Positions 10,610-23,370 of a stretch of 64,000 bases of DNA are shown piece by piece. The notes under the pieces were generated by a model. That model did not search any database. It saw only the letters and a list, made by a program, of their open reading frames with translations, and was not told the DNA's origin. The stretch's first letter is position 1. Each line of letters starts with the position of its first letter. The position numbers and the translations under genes are program-made. The stretch is from Pseudogymnoascus verrucosus (Eukaryota), in NCBI GenBank assembly GCA_001662655.1, contig KV460241.1; one strand, written 5' to 3'.

Positions 10610-11978
10610 CTACCCCTTCATCTTATCCGGCACCTCCTCCCACTGCACAGCCGCCCACTCCTCCAGATACCCAACCTCACCAGCCTCCACACCGCGGGCC
10701 TGACAATCCCGTTCACACACACCCACAATCACAGTCCCCCACTCCATACCCTCCAGACTCACCTCCTCGCTCTCCAGCTCCGTGATAGCATGGGGAGTTA
10801 ACTGCACCTCAAAGCACCTCCCCGCACCACAATTCGCACACCTCGGCATCTTGCCCCCTCCCACCGTCACCTTCGCATTACTACTCCCACTTCCACCGCC
10901 AAGCAGCTTCCCAACCGCATCGCTCTTGGTATACAGCAGCGGGCTCCCCTTGAACTCGTATCGGATCACTTGTTCGGGGTTCTGGCTGAGCCGGTCTGCG
11001 AATTTCTGGAACGTGGTGTCGATACTGCTTTCATACACGTCTTTGTCCTCTTTTCCGCCCGAGGAGCCGGATGGGCCTTCGACTTCCATTTCTAGCATCT
11101 CGTGCTTTTGGATCGGTTCAGGCTCGTCTTTGTCCAGCGTCTCGTAGTCGGCGTCGGCGAGGTAGAAGAGCGGGTATGGTGCTGGCAGTTCTGCATCGAC
11201 AGGCCAGGGTTCCGCGGGGGTAGGAGGGGAGGGGGCAGGAGCGTTGAGGGAGAGTGCTGCAGCGAATGTTTGGGGGAGATCAGCATCAGGCTTCTGTGGT
11301 GGTTTCGCCGCCAGTTCCGACGTGGCGAATGGATTCGCAGCAGCAGCAGCAGGTGCAGCAGTCGAAAAAGGGTTTGCCCCCCCAACACCTCCTGGGCTAG
11401 AAAAGGGGTTCCCCCCAAACGCACCACCACCCGTCGATTTCGACCCAAACAAACTATCCCCAAACATCGTATTTGACACCACCTTCCCCTGCCCCGCTGC
11501 TGGTTTTGGTGCCGGCTTCACCTCCTCCTTCTTCTGGACCTCCTTCGCCGCCGCGGCTTCGCTGACGCGGAGACTCCGCAGGACGCGGATGCTGCCTTCC
11601 TTCCTCCGGCAGGTTTTGCGGCGGCAGGTGAGGACGTAGAGACGGCGCTCGTGGCCGGGGAAGTCTTTGGGGAGGTCGCCGTTTAGTTGGAGGAGGAGGA
11701 TGAGCATGTCGGAGCAGATTTTGCAGCGGGCGAGGGAGGCGGAGGGAGGGGTGGTGGGGGAGAGCCAGGTCTGCGGGGTAGATGTTAGAGGGGTTCGATG
11801 GTGGGAGGGTGGCATGTGTGATTTTTGCGGTGGAAGGGGAACTTACAGGTCGTCCTCCGATATAGCTGTTCACATCATCTGATTCCGAGGCTTCTTTCGA
11901 AGCGTACCCCAGGAGCACGTTGGTCTCGGTATAATCCTGTTCCCCTCCATCAGAGGAGTCGCTGTCGTAGTTTCCCAT
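10610..11978 (-). CDS. TSR4: PDCD2_C-domain protein, Tsr4/PDCD2L family (uS5 chaperone, 40S biogenesis); 2 exons
   Basis: Exon 1 11978-11847 (TNVLLGYA...YIGGRP), intron 11846-11771, exon 2 TWL...CKIC...LLLQLNG...RRLYV...C...FQKFADRLSQNPEQVIRY...CANCGAGRCFEVQLTP...MEWGTVIVGVC...EEWAAVQWEE. Confidence 0.9.
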
Positions 11979-13694
11979 CCTTGCAAAAAGACTGTAATAA
12001 GTAGCAAGTACTGCCCCAAAGCTTGCTTCTCTTTTACTGGTTGCCGCCTCAAGATTTTACAGCGGTTGGGGGGCGTCAAGAAATGCAGCGACGCTTTTGG
12101 GTAATATAATTCCTAATCCGGGGTTCGACGAGGCTGAGAGGAAATTTATTGCTATTATGGTAGACAACGAAGTGGGATGCCCGGCGTTACTTTGTTCCGT
12201 CGCCCCATGTTACTTTCCTATCCGCAGGAAGCGCATCCCAATGTTATTTTCATCAACCTCTTACGCTACTTTTTTAGGATTCTTCTTGGCAAAATAGCGG
12301 CCAGAGATGCAGAATACCAAAAACACCCATCAGATCTCAGCTCCGCGAAGTTATTGTTGGCATCAAACATTAAAAAGCGAAGTTTTCCCATCAAGCAACC
12401 TGCCTGGAAAGCCTTGCCGTCGGTTCATTGTCTTGGCTACGTCAATATGGCTGTGTGAGGCGCTCTTGGCATATGTTGTCACACTGTAAGAAAACGTGAT
12501 GATCGGAGAGACACTGGAGCGCGTTTACAGAAGCGGCGACGATGTTCATAATCGTTGTCACATTGTGATTTTTAATGATTGTCCCACTGCCTCCTTGGAA
12601 ACTAACTGCCCGAATGCCCAACTCCCCCGCGTTATCCGAGCGCGAAACTCGGCTGCGTACCCGCGTGGATTGTGCTCAGCCTCGTCTGTCCAAATTTCAT
12701 GATGTTGAAATAGTAAAGAGTGGAGATTAACATTGCCGCTTCGCTATGTGGGTAGACGTCGGCGGTGATCCCTCATGCAGTGACCCTGTACTGGTGCGTA
12801 TGCCATATACTCCTTCCGTGTCCCTGGGTAAAGTTGGCTTCCTAGTCCGGCTCTTTATATGTTCTAGCATCAACGTAGTCAGGGTTACGATTAAAACTGG
12901 AGATTGGTCCCGAATATAGAAATCCACGGACCGAGTCAAGTCAGGGATAATTGTCCGGACTTCCTGGTTGTATACGCGTATATTTCTCCCCTTGACTTCC
13001 CTTTTGGTCTCCTTTTTTGTGCAGAATTCTCATAAAATTCATAAAAGACAAATATTTAGTCACTGGAGTACTGTTAGACCACTGGTGAACCCGTGCCAAT
13101 CTCACATTCCACTGTGCATTCCAATGTTGCGGCCCATCCAAGACATCATTTACGGTTGTAGTCTGCATGTGGTTTGGTTGTCAGACAGGAACGTGGCTTG
13201 GCTCAACCACTACGACGTAGTGGCTAATAGTGGCTATAGTGGCTATAGTGGCGGGGTTCGTAGGAGTTGAATCAGAACAAACCCCCAAAACTTATTGCTA
13301 TTTATACACATCATTGCAGTTTTGTAATTTCTCGCCCCTGTGAGATCCGTCATTGTTCTCCTCCACTTCATCGTGCATCCACGATCAACAGGGGCCTGGC
13401 AAGGACTGGTAACAACCAACAAGGCTGCGCCGGCTTTCTAGTGGCATACTGGTGGTATTGGTGTCACTTGTCTAAAAACTTTACAAACAGACCTCGGGCC
13501 GCAAAGCTTCAAGAAGTTCTTTTATTTCTTTAAAGACCTCCCCGCTAGAAATTTCTGGCTTCGCTTTTGATAGTTTTTATCCGATAAATGCAGAGCTCCT
13601 GTTTGTTGAGGCTTGTGCGCAAGATCCGCCAAGGATAGACCCTCCTACTGCGGGTACTTAATATAAAGTCAATAGATCAATAATCTAGACGAAG

Positions 13695-16492
13695 ATGACG
13701 ACTCCAAAGCAGGAAGACCGACCACAGCTCGGCGCCACATTCTATCCTGGAGGACTCGACGGTTTTGACATGCCTGAGTTGATATCGCCAGCTCCCCAGA
13801 GGTACGTCGCATCCTATGAGATTCGTGGATTCATTGCGTGTACGCGCGCAGTACAGCCACTGCCCCGCCGTCCGAAGGATCCCGCTTACTATGTTTACTT
13901 TGGCTGACTGAACGCTTCGTTTCTCCAGGGTAATGCCCGAGGTGCCTTCCAATATGCAAGAGGGACTCGCGCATCTCGAACTCGAGGCAAATCCGTCAAC
14001 GGTGTCGCCGATCCATGAGCAGTATGGTGCCAGTCGCAATATAACATATCAACAAAGCAACGCCCCGCAAGGGTACGCGGCGAGTTATGAGCAGGCGGGC
14101 GCCCCTGGATACCAGAACAACCCCTCACAACCGACGATACGCAGGGACGGCGATATGCCGTTACCCTCCCCGTTCCCGGGGCTGCAGAACCCAGGGCCAA
14201 ACGTGCCGCTGACGGACGATCAAATGGAAGAGGAGCTGGAACAATGCAGGGAGAAGGTAGTGGGCTCAAATGACCCGGAGAGGCAGTTGAGATGGGCACA
14301 GGATGCACTACACTGGTCCGACATTGCAATCCAGAGCCGGCGCCGAGCTGCTGTCGGTTCGACAAGCAGGCCTACTACACCAAATGTCGAGCGCCGGATC
14401 CGCGATGATGCCCTGAACATCACCAAGTTCCTCGCCGAGCAAGGCCACCCAAAGGCCGAGTTCTTGAGGGCAGGCTGGTACGAGTTTGGCAAATTCGGCT
14501 TTCCCGAAGATGCAAAGGAGTCGTTCGCAGGATACAAGAGAGCGGCAGAGAGGGGCTACGCGCGAGCTGAATATCGGATTGGAACTCGGTACGAGAGCAG
14601 CAAAGATATGCCGCGAGCCGTCAAGCACTACCAGAACGGAGTGGCACAGCACGATTCGGCTTCAAACTACCGTATGGGTATGATGGCATTACTTGGCCAG
14701 CATGGACAGCCGCAGAACTACGAGGTTGGAGTTAGGCAGGTGAAATATGCTGCGGATACAGCAGATGAGAACGCTCCGCAAGGTTCATATGTTTACGGAA
14801 TGCTTCTCGCGAGGGAACTGCCGAACATCTCACTCCCCGACTTTGTTTTGGTATATGATTTGGAGCAAGCAAGACACTATGTTGAGCGAGCTGCGTTACT
14901 CGGGTTTTCGAAGGCACAGCTGAAGATGGGCTCGGCTTATGAGCTTTGTCTCTTGGGCTGCGAATTCAACCCAACTCTTTCACTGCATTACAACCGCCTG
15001 GCAGCAAGCCAAGGTGAGCCGGAAGCCGAGATGGCTATCAGCAAGTGGTTCCTCTGTGGTTTCGCAGGTGTTTTTGAGAAGAACGAAGAAATCGCCTTCA
15101 CGTATGCGAAGCGCGCAGCCCAGCAAGAACTTCCTACTGCTGAATTCGCTCTTGGTTATTTCTACGAGGTTGGACTGCATGTACCGATGGATCTTGGTCG
15201 ATCCCAAGAGTGGTATCAGAAAGCCGCAGATCACGGCAATGCGGATGCTGTAGCTAGAATCGACGCCCTTCGTCTGCACAGGACCTTATCCAGGAAAGAC
15301 CACGAACAGATGGCCATCACACGCATCCGATCGCAATACGGCTCTCGCAAGGGCAAGAGGCCCGATCACCTGGCGCAGAAAATAGCCGCCCAACAAGCCC
15401 CAACGCTCCCAGTGATGAGCGAGGAGAGAGACGACTCGCCGCGCCCAGTCAGCGTTTACCCGCCCAGAAGCAGTTCCGTCCAGCCACAGCAGCCACCATT
15501 CCGCGTGATAACCCCCGTACCAGACTCCAACGCCCGACTCTCACAGCAACAGCAACCACCATTCCGCGTGGTAACCCCTGTGTCTGGCGATGTGAGACAC
15601 GGGGGCTCTATGCCCAGCTCGCCACTACATAGCCATTACAGGTCAGGCTCGGGAGGTAGCATTGGCGGGACACCTAATACAGCGCCATACCCCGAGAACG
15701 ACGTCGCGCACCCGATACAAGCAAACCCCAACCTGAGACCACTGTCAGGACCGCCAGCTGACCGACCCAATTCAGCTTTCGGAATCAAGCCTCTGCACCC
15801 TAACCATTCCTTTGGACCTGGTCAGGACCCAGCTCGTCGCCCTATGAGCGCCGTGGGAGATTTGCAATCCCAGCAACGACCACACCCAGCCCAGGGAGGC
15901 CGAGGCCAGCCAGTTGTTCCACACCAGCCGAAACGAGAGGGACCTACCAATAATGACTGGGAATCCCAATATCGACTCCCTTACAGCCAACCACAACAGC
16001 AGGGCGACGGAAGGGGTAAACTCCAGATGCAAGGGGCTCCGGTAAACAAACCTCACCCACAATTGCCACCGCAGCATGGTCAGCAGCCTCCTCAGCACCT
16101 ACAGCCTCGCAACGATTATTCGCAGCAGAATAGGCCAAATACAGCTACGAATGAGAGGACCTACTCCGCTCAGGCGCCGCTGAAGCCGCATGCTCCTGGA
16201 GGCCAGAGCGGAGATAGGCCTGTGTCCTCGGCTGGTGGCAACGGGCAAGGTGTATACCCATCGAGATATTCCTCGATTCCGCCTGGAGCTGGGGGACCGG
16301 CTGTGACGATATCACCTGCTCCGACGCCGCCAATTGCGAAGCCACAGCCGCCGCCGAAGAAGGGACCGCAGACTTTTGAGGAGATGGGGGTTCCTGCTGC
16401 TTCCAAGGATAGTGAATGCGTAAGTTTCAACTCTGTCTTCCCTCGTTATGTTGAGATTGTATTTTCTAACATCTGCGTAGTTGGTTATGTGA
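13695..16492 (+). CDS. CHS4: Sel1-repeat chitin synthase activator (Chs4/Skt5 family) ending in CaaX; 3 exons
   Basis: Exons 13695-13801, 13929-16419, 16481-16492. Multiple Sel1-like repeats (AAERGYARAEYRIG, AALLGFSKAQLKMG, AASQGEPEAEMAISKWF, AEFALGYFYEVG), then a P/Q-rich tail, KGPQTFEEMGVP and C-terminal CLVM. Confidence 0.88.
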
Positions 16493-17000
16493 AACAACCA
16501 ACCATAAAAAAAGGACGAATGATGATGATTTACGAAACAACAGTCCATTTTGAAGACTTTGTTTTTATCTGGGAACAATAGAAGGGTATATGCATACATT
16601 GGAGACAGATTTTGTTCAGAGGTTTATTCTGTATAAAGTATAATGTTCTTTCTTGGCCCTTTATTTTTGTTTATTTGGGCATTGATTTGATACCTACCTC
16701 CTTTCTACGGTGGTTTTTGGCATTGAGAGAGGGTCGTTTTACATAGTTTTTTTGGTCGTAGTATGGGGGTGGTAAATATAGGATTGTTGTGTAGGTTTAG
16801 CTCTCGCCTCGTCTCGCCTGGGGGGTGAAGTTATATGGTCTTTGTTTGCCAGATTTGTTCATCACAAATTCAGTCCACTTCCATCTATCTAGCCTTTTAT
16901 CCCACAATCTACTTCCAACCCATCCCATAACTATACCAACCATCTCCATCTCTATCCCATCACCCCCAACCCTCATCCCATCCCATCCCCAACAACCACA

Positions 17001-17982
17001 ATGCCCCCCCGCAAACCCCCCACCACCACCTCCAGCACCACCACAAAACCCACCCCCACCGACACCCAAGCCAGCACCCTAATCCACACCTACCTCACCA
17101 CTCAGAACCGGCCCTACTCCGCCACCGAAATCAGCAGTAACCTCCATAATGCCGTCACGAAGGCGCGGACGGATAAGTTGCTCAGGGAGATGTTTGAGAG
17201 GGGGGAGATTGCGGGGAGGGCGAGCGGGAAACAGTGGGTTTTTTGGGGGGTGCAGGTATGTGTGCTTTGTTTGTTTGTTTGGGGTTATTAGGAGGGGAGG
17301 GGTGGGGAGGGGGGAGGGATGGAGGGGGAGGGATGGAGGGGGAGGGGGGTTTGGGGTTTGGAGGAGGGGTAGTGGGGAGAACTGGGGAACTGAGGTCTAG
17401 GAGAGGACTAATAGAGGGGTTAGGATCCAAATGCCACCAGCACACCCGCCGAGCTCGCCGCAGTAGACGCCCAAATCGCAGCCCTTCGAGACAAGATCCC
17501 AACCCTCAAATCCGAACTCAAATCCGCCTCCAACACCCTCTCCATCCTCCGCTCTGCACCCACGACCTCCAGCCTCCGCGACGCCGTCCAGACACTGGAA
17601 ACTGATAAACAGGACAAAGAAGAACGTCTCCGCGTCTTGAGAGCAGGGAGTACCAAACCCGTGAACGTAGAGGAGAGGGAGAAGGTGGAGGGGGAGTGGA
17701 GGAGGTGGAAGAGAACGAGGGATAATAGGAAGAGGGCGTATAAGGAGTTGGAGGCGATGTTGTTGGATTCGGGGGTTATTGGGAAGGAGGCGCTTTGGGT
17801 ACGTACTTCTCCCCCCCCCCTAATAAAAATAAATAGAACTGGAGGAGGTGACGTCTTTGGTGTGGCTGATGGAAGACGCGGCGGTGGAGTAATCAAGGCA
17901 GCGAGGCGTTGTGGTGATGGGTTACGAATACTGATGGTGTGTGTGATATTAGGATATGCTCGGTATCGACGGCCCCGCATGA
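17001..17982 (+). CDS. HOP2: Homologous-pairing protein 2 (Hop2/TBPIP), meiotic recombination; 3 exons
   Basis: Exons 17001-17255, 17424-17798, 17953-17982. YLTTQNRPYSATEISSNLHNAVTK...GKQWVF winged-helix signature, then a coiled coil and WRRWKRTRDNRKRAY...EALWDMLGID. Confidence 0.9.
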
Positions 17983-20713
17983 TCACCGCCACGCACTGCT
18001 GACTAGAATCTGTCCGCACGCGCTGGCTGGGAGACTATCGATTCGATCTCGATATCTACGAATAAAACAAATTTTTGATGCGGGGAGAGAGCAGAGAGAA
18101 GAGAGAAGACCGTGCTTTAGGACGCGGGGATTTATTGGGCTTATTCTTAGCTTTGCGCCACGCTCGCTCATCTGCCATGCGAGGTTATCAATCTTGCAGT
18201 ATCGCGAACGAGGCTGGACGGGGAGGTGGGTGCGTGGGCGGTGCTTGATTGGCTGGGTGGGTGAAAGGCGGGGGAGGGGGGTTCGTGGGGATACGAGGAA
18301 GGGAGCAGGCTGGGGATTTTTGGGTTTGGGACGCCCTGATGGGGACAGAGGTTGGCTGGTGGCTTTATTGGAAGAGTTGCAGGTTGCGGTGAAACAGATG
18401 TTTTATCACAGGAAGGGGGATAGGTGTTGAGTACCTGGGCTGCATGGAGGAGTGGACGAGTATTGGGCGTATAGACGCGGGTTGCAGGAGCTATGGGTAT
18501 GATGAGGGTGCTTGATTACTTGGAGCTATGGCGGACATATATGATGGCTATATCATGACTTTTCAACATGAGAGTTGCTTATAAACGGGATCAAAAAGAG
18601 AGGTTCTACAAACACAGATTGCTGGTATCACTTCCCAACTCGACTAGATCAAAGGGACATGTGACTTGCATGTGAGAGCTCCTGTCTCAGCACACCCAGT
18701 GGAGAAGGCTGTTCTTGTGAACAAGAACAAATACGATGGTGCCAAAACCCCCCCAACCCTCACACTCCCAAACAGGACTCAAGGGAGGGGAACACCACCG
18801 CACGGCAGTCTGCGGCTGGTAGAGTGGCACGAGTTTAAAGCCCTGATTGGGCGTCCAGGGCCCAAGTCGGCGGATGACCCGAACGGCTCCCATCCCAGCC
18901 GGCGTCGATTCTAAATATTTCCCAAGGCGTCCCTCCATCTCGTCTCCCTCGTCATATGTCCCGTCATCCCTTGGGTGGCTACGCGGAGTCGCCGACTGAT
19001 GGATTCACACGGCATCACTTTCTGCGCATTGAAATGAGGATGTTGAGGAACCGCGGATTATGGATGGATGTCCCAGACTCTCGCAACCATCAGCGCTTGG
19101 TGGGCCTTGATGCGTGGGTGGCTGCATATGCAGTGTCTCTACGACGACCTATCACGTTTCGAACGCCGGCTTGAGGTCGGGGAGGAGCTAACGGGATGGA
19201 GGGCTAAGTGCTGGAGCTGTGCGTGCCGTGCTGAGACATTGCAGGCGAGGGTTGCCAAGGGTTGATATGGCGGGCTAATGAGTGCTATTACCAAGAGATA
19301 GATACTAAGGGGGAAAGGGAATGCAGCTCCACGGAGTTTGATAGACCGGCGAGAGGAGAGGGAGGTAGGACTTGGGGTATGTTTTCTCGTAACCTTGGGG
19401 GTGTATTGTATAGCAACTAGCAACCCCCACGACAGGTGTTTTGTTTGGTACACCCTGGCACGCGCACGACATATGTAAGATACCATATGTAGGATATGTA
19501 AGATATGTAGAGTAGAAGTAGAGTATGTATGTAGCTTGCCTGAGAACCGACCTGTGTGCCCTTGACTCGCCCAATATATGCGGAGAAAGCTATCCTTGAC
19601 GATTTTCCCCTGTAGAGTAGGGATGCGTCCATCTTTTGCAACAGTAGAATAGAGAATAGAGTTAGACCATGGGCTATGATAACAATGATGGCTATGCTAA
19701 AGTCAAAATTAGCGTGGCTGGTGAGCATGGGAGCATGGTCAAACGGCGGGAAGTCGGGGGGATTCCCACCACTTACCCATTACCCATTACTACTACTATA
19801 CTACTAACTTCTATGTATATGTATATGTATACTACTACGACGACTACGGTATATCGCGGATCGCGGTATATCGCTTCTTAAATCGCTTATATGCAACCCC
19901 TCCATTCGAATATCCATCCGCCCTTGCTGCAATCTTCCTTTCCTATTGCACCTTCTCTTCCCCTCCCTTCACTGATATATTATATTATATTACTCACCCA
20001 TTGCGCTGTGGGTTTCCTCGTTCTCTGTCACTGTCATGTGAAGGCGGAATATACCCCTCGATCGTTATATTTGTTGAGTTGATATACACACGACTCGAGT
20101 GTTACAGTGCAGGAAGCAGCTAGCTATCTTCACCTGCTGCTGCAGATAGATATATGTGCTGCTCCCTCGCCGCCTCAACCGTCTCAACGGGATCATACGG
20201 TCATACTCATACGGCGATTATCCTTTTGAACCCCGAAGAAAAAGAACCCTACATTGTAACTCGATCACTGGATCACTGAACCACTCGAACCGGAGCATCA
20301 ATAACCAGGGGACCAGCTACCAGCCTCCCTCCCGTTCCACGATAAGCTAACGGCCCGGGAACCAAAGCGGTCAGAATTTATTGCCAAATCACACAGGCGG
20401 CACGACAGGCAGTGAAGTTCCGTGCACTAATCCCAGCCGAACCTCACTCCATCATCTCAAGTCACCTTTGGTAACGGAACAGTACGACACACAACGCACC
20501 ACAAACCTCCCCAAACGACCCCCAAAACACTCCTCGAGTCGGGCCCCCAACTTTCCACGACTCGATTTTCTCCCCGCGACAATCCCGACAAATCTCCACT
20601 CTGTCCTCTTTCCAACAACCCGCCCCTTCGCAATCGGAGCTCACGAGACTCGCAGTCTCGTCCGTGCGACGACCCCACCAATTCCGACGCAGAATACCCA
20701 CAGAAAACTCACG

Positions 20714-22673
20714 ATGCTCAGCAACAGCAACGGCGCTGCTGCTGCACCGCACGCCCGGAATGGCAGCGTGAGCGGCGGTGGCCCTTCGGCCGAGATTCCT
20801 GCATACAGACATATGAGCTCGGGGAGCCTCAACATCCCGAATGGACTTGGGCAGCCGAATGGGAGCGGTCAGGCGCAGGCTGCTGGAGCCATGGCGCCGG
20901 GAGGCAGGTTTGAAGGACCGCGGAGCCCGCCGGGAAAACAGAGTAGGTTGCCTTTGGACCCCTGGGGAAAAGTGGCGTGGTGTGCTAATGCGGTTCTGTA
21001 GACACATCGCATGTGCCTTGCAAGTTCTTCCGCCAAGGCGCGTGCCAGGCGGGGAAGGCGTGTCCATTCAGTCACGACCTCTCGAGCACTACTGATAACG
21101 TGTGCAAGTACTTTGCAAAGGTTAGTGACGAGAGTATGTTTTTGGCGACTCGTTTTCTGACGTTTTCTAGGGCAATTGTAAGTTTGGGCCGAAATGTGCC
21201 AACATCCATGTACTACCGAACGGGCAACGAGTAAACTACCACAAGGGAGGGCCGATTGGAATTGGCGGATTAAACCTCGGTGGACGTGTGCACCCGGACC
21301 AGTACCACAGTCAGAGCTCGGCTTTGACTAACTCTCTATACCGCGCGAATATGGGAGCGCAACAGCCGTTTGGCGCGCCTTACTCGCCCTTTGCGAACCA
21401 AGACGAGGGCTTTCCCCGCGGCGGCATGGATATTGGTGTGCCAACGATTGACACGAGTTATGCGTCGCATCCTGGGTCTGCGTACGGCTCGCCTCGAGAC
21501 GACGACTTGCAGAGTCGGTTCGGACTTGGGTTGTCGCCAGTCCCGGCAAAGGGATTGAGCGTCTTAGACGCCCCACTACCTGCGTCCTTTGATAGCAATG
21601 GAGTCTCGTGGATCGCGAGACATGGACCGGTGGCAGCATCTGTCCCTTCGAAGTTTGGTCTTGAGTCACCACCACCGTCGCTAGGATTCGCAAAGGACGG
21701 AAGGACATCTGAAGCCCTCAAAAACCTATACAGCTCCGCGTTCGGCGATGACACGCGCGATAGCTTTAATGGAGCTGCCTCCCCTCCAGCTCCTCTCGCG
21801 GACGAATACTTCGGAAAGCGCCTCATGCATTCCCAGCGATTCGCAAGGCAGAAGATTATGTCAGCCAGTCTGCCAAAGGCGGGGTTGGCAATCGACAAGG
21901 ACTGGGACAACGATTTCACCTTCGAAGAAGATTATCTACCAGACAACCTCAAGGAGCTTCTAACTCCACAAGAGAAGGCGCGTCGAGGATCCAGAAACGC
22001 CGAAGAGGAGAGTAGGCCCATCTACAGCGGCAACGGCACACCAGACGCATCAAGCAAGTTCGGATCCCCATCAAACGCGAGCCCTTCACGCTGGGGCCCG
22101 CTATTCCAGCGCCAACAGCGCGAAGAGGAAGAAAAAGCCTCCCGAGCCTCAGTCTTCGGCCATGTCGGCTCACCACTCCGCAACTCAACTATGACATCCG
22201 CTTCCATCCCCGCCGTTAGCCGCTCAGCTGCCGCTGCCTCCGGCGACGCCTCCCCATACGTGGCATCCCCACCCCGCCAATCCTCAATGTCCATCATCTC
22301 CCAACAACTCCAGCGCACACGTCTCGGCCGCACTGAATCCGCCGGCGCTGAGACCAGTCTCCTCCCAGCGGTGCAGCGCGTGACTAGCAACCCGATAGGT
22401 GCACCCACGCGACCTGAGCGTGCTGCTAGCGGCGCGAGCATTGGCGCCAGTTTGGCGGCGGGAAGAGTCAATATGCCGATTGATGAGGAGCAGGGCGACT
22501 TTGTGTTCAGCATGGAGGAGGAGGAAGATAAGGAGCGCGAGAGCACCAAGAGGAGTAGCGGTGGTGGGTGGAACTACCCCGTTGGTGCTAAGAGCCTGCA
22601 TGCTGCGAATGGGGGGCGCAATGGGACGACGAGCGGGGGCGGGATGGAGGGGATGTTTGGGGTGACGAGGTGA
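20714..22673 (+). CDS. Tandem CCCH zinc-finger protein (Cps3/Scp3/Lee1-like); 3 exons
   Basis: Exons 20714-20942, 21002-21120, 21171-22673. HVPCKFFRQGACQAGKACPFSH and VCKYFAKGNCKFGPKCANIH CCCH fingers, followed by an S/P-rich region containing FEEDYLPDNLKELLTPQE. Confidence 0.85.
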
Positions 22674-23370
22674 TTGGGGGGTGGTGGTGGCATTGTTTCA
22701 AAATGGGAAAGGGTGGGGGTGGTTGAAAAGGAGTACAAAGCATGAAACTATAACTAACATCAAACTTATGTTTGTGGATGCATCAAGCGACGTGTTGGGG
22801 ATGAATCTGGTACTGGGATTATGGCGATCTAGGGTGTTTTTTTTTTATCTGGCATGGCTCCTTTTTTTTGTTTTAATGTATTATATTTATATAGGGTCGC
22901 AAGTGGTTGGTTGGGCTGGCAATATATATATCCGAATATGCGGACAGGGGCAAATGGTCATGATATATATATCTTCATCCAAACTGAGGGCAACTTGTCG
23001 TGACAAATAGTATTACTGCCGAGACTATATATAGGAATTTAAACATTACCAGCGAGTTGTCTATATTAAAAAGCTCGTAAGATCAGTACCGTATGGATTT
23101 AAAAGTTTGGAATATCATTGTGGCTCGGTGTGTGGTGACCTTTCGTTTCGCATATGCTGTAAATGTCGTTTTTTGAGCAAAGACCTCAAGTCGAAAACCT
23201 CGCTGTGAAAGAACCCCACCACCCTCCAAATCTCGCCAACGGGAATCCACCACCGTAACCATGCATAGGCTGTTCATCAACGCGTCTTCAATCATAGGTG
23301 ATATACCTAGACAGTCCTAACAGAAAATATCACGTCCTCAAACCAGTCACGTGTACTCCAGACCAGAAGC

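Noticed and set aside
13219..13262. TAGTGG...GGTTCG resembling tRNA A/B boxes
   Set aside because: It is a short (TAGTGGCTA)n repeat; no acceptor or anticodon stems can be formed.
20381..20713. 111-codon AUG-less in-frame extension upstream of the CCCH gene
   Set aside because: C-rich leader is naturally stop-poor and no motif is visible; cannot be supported without conservation data.
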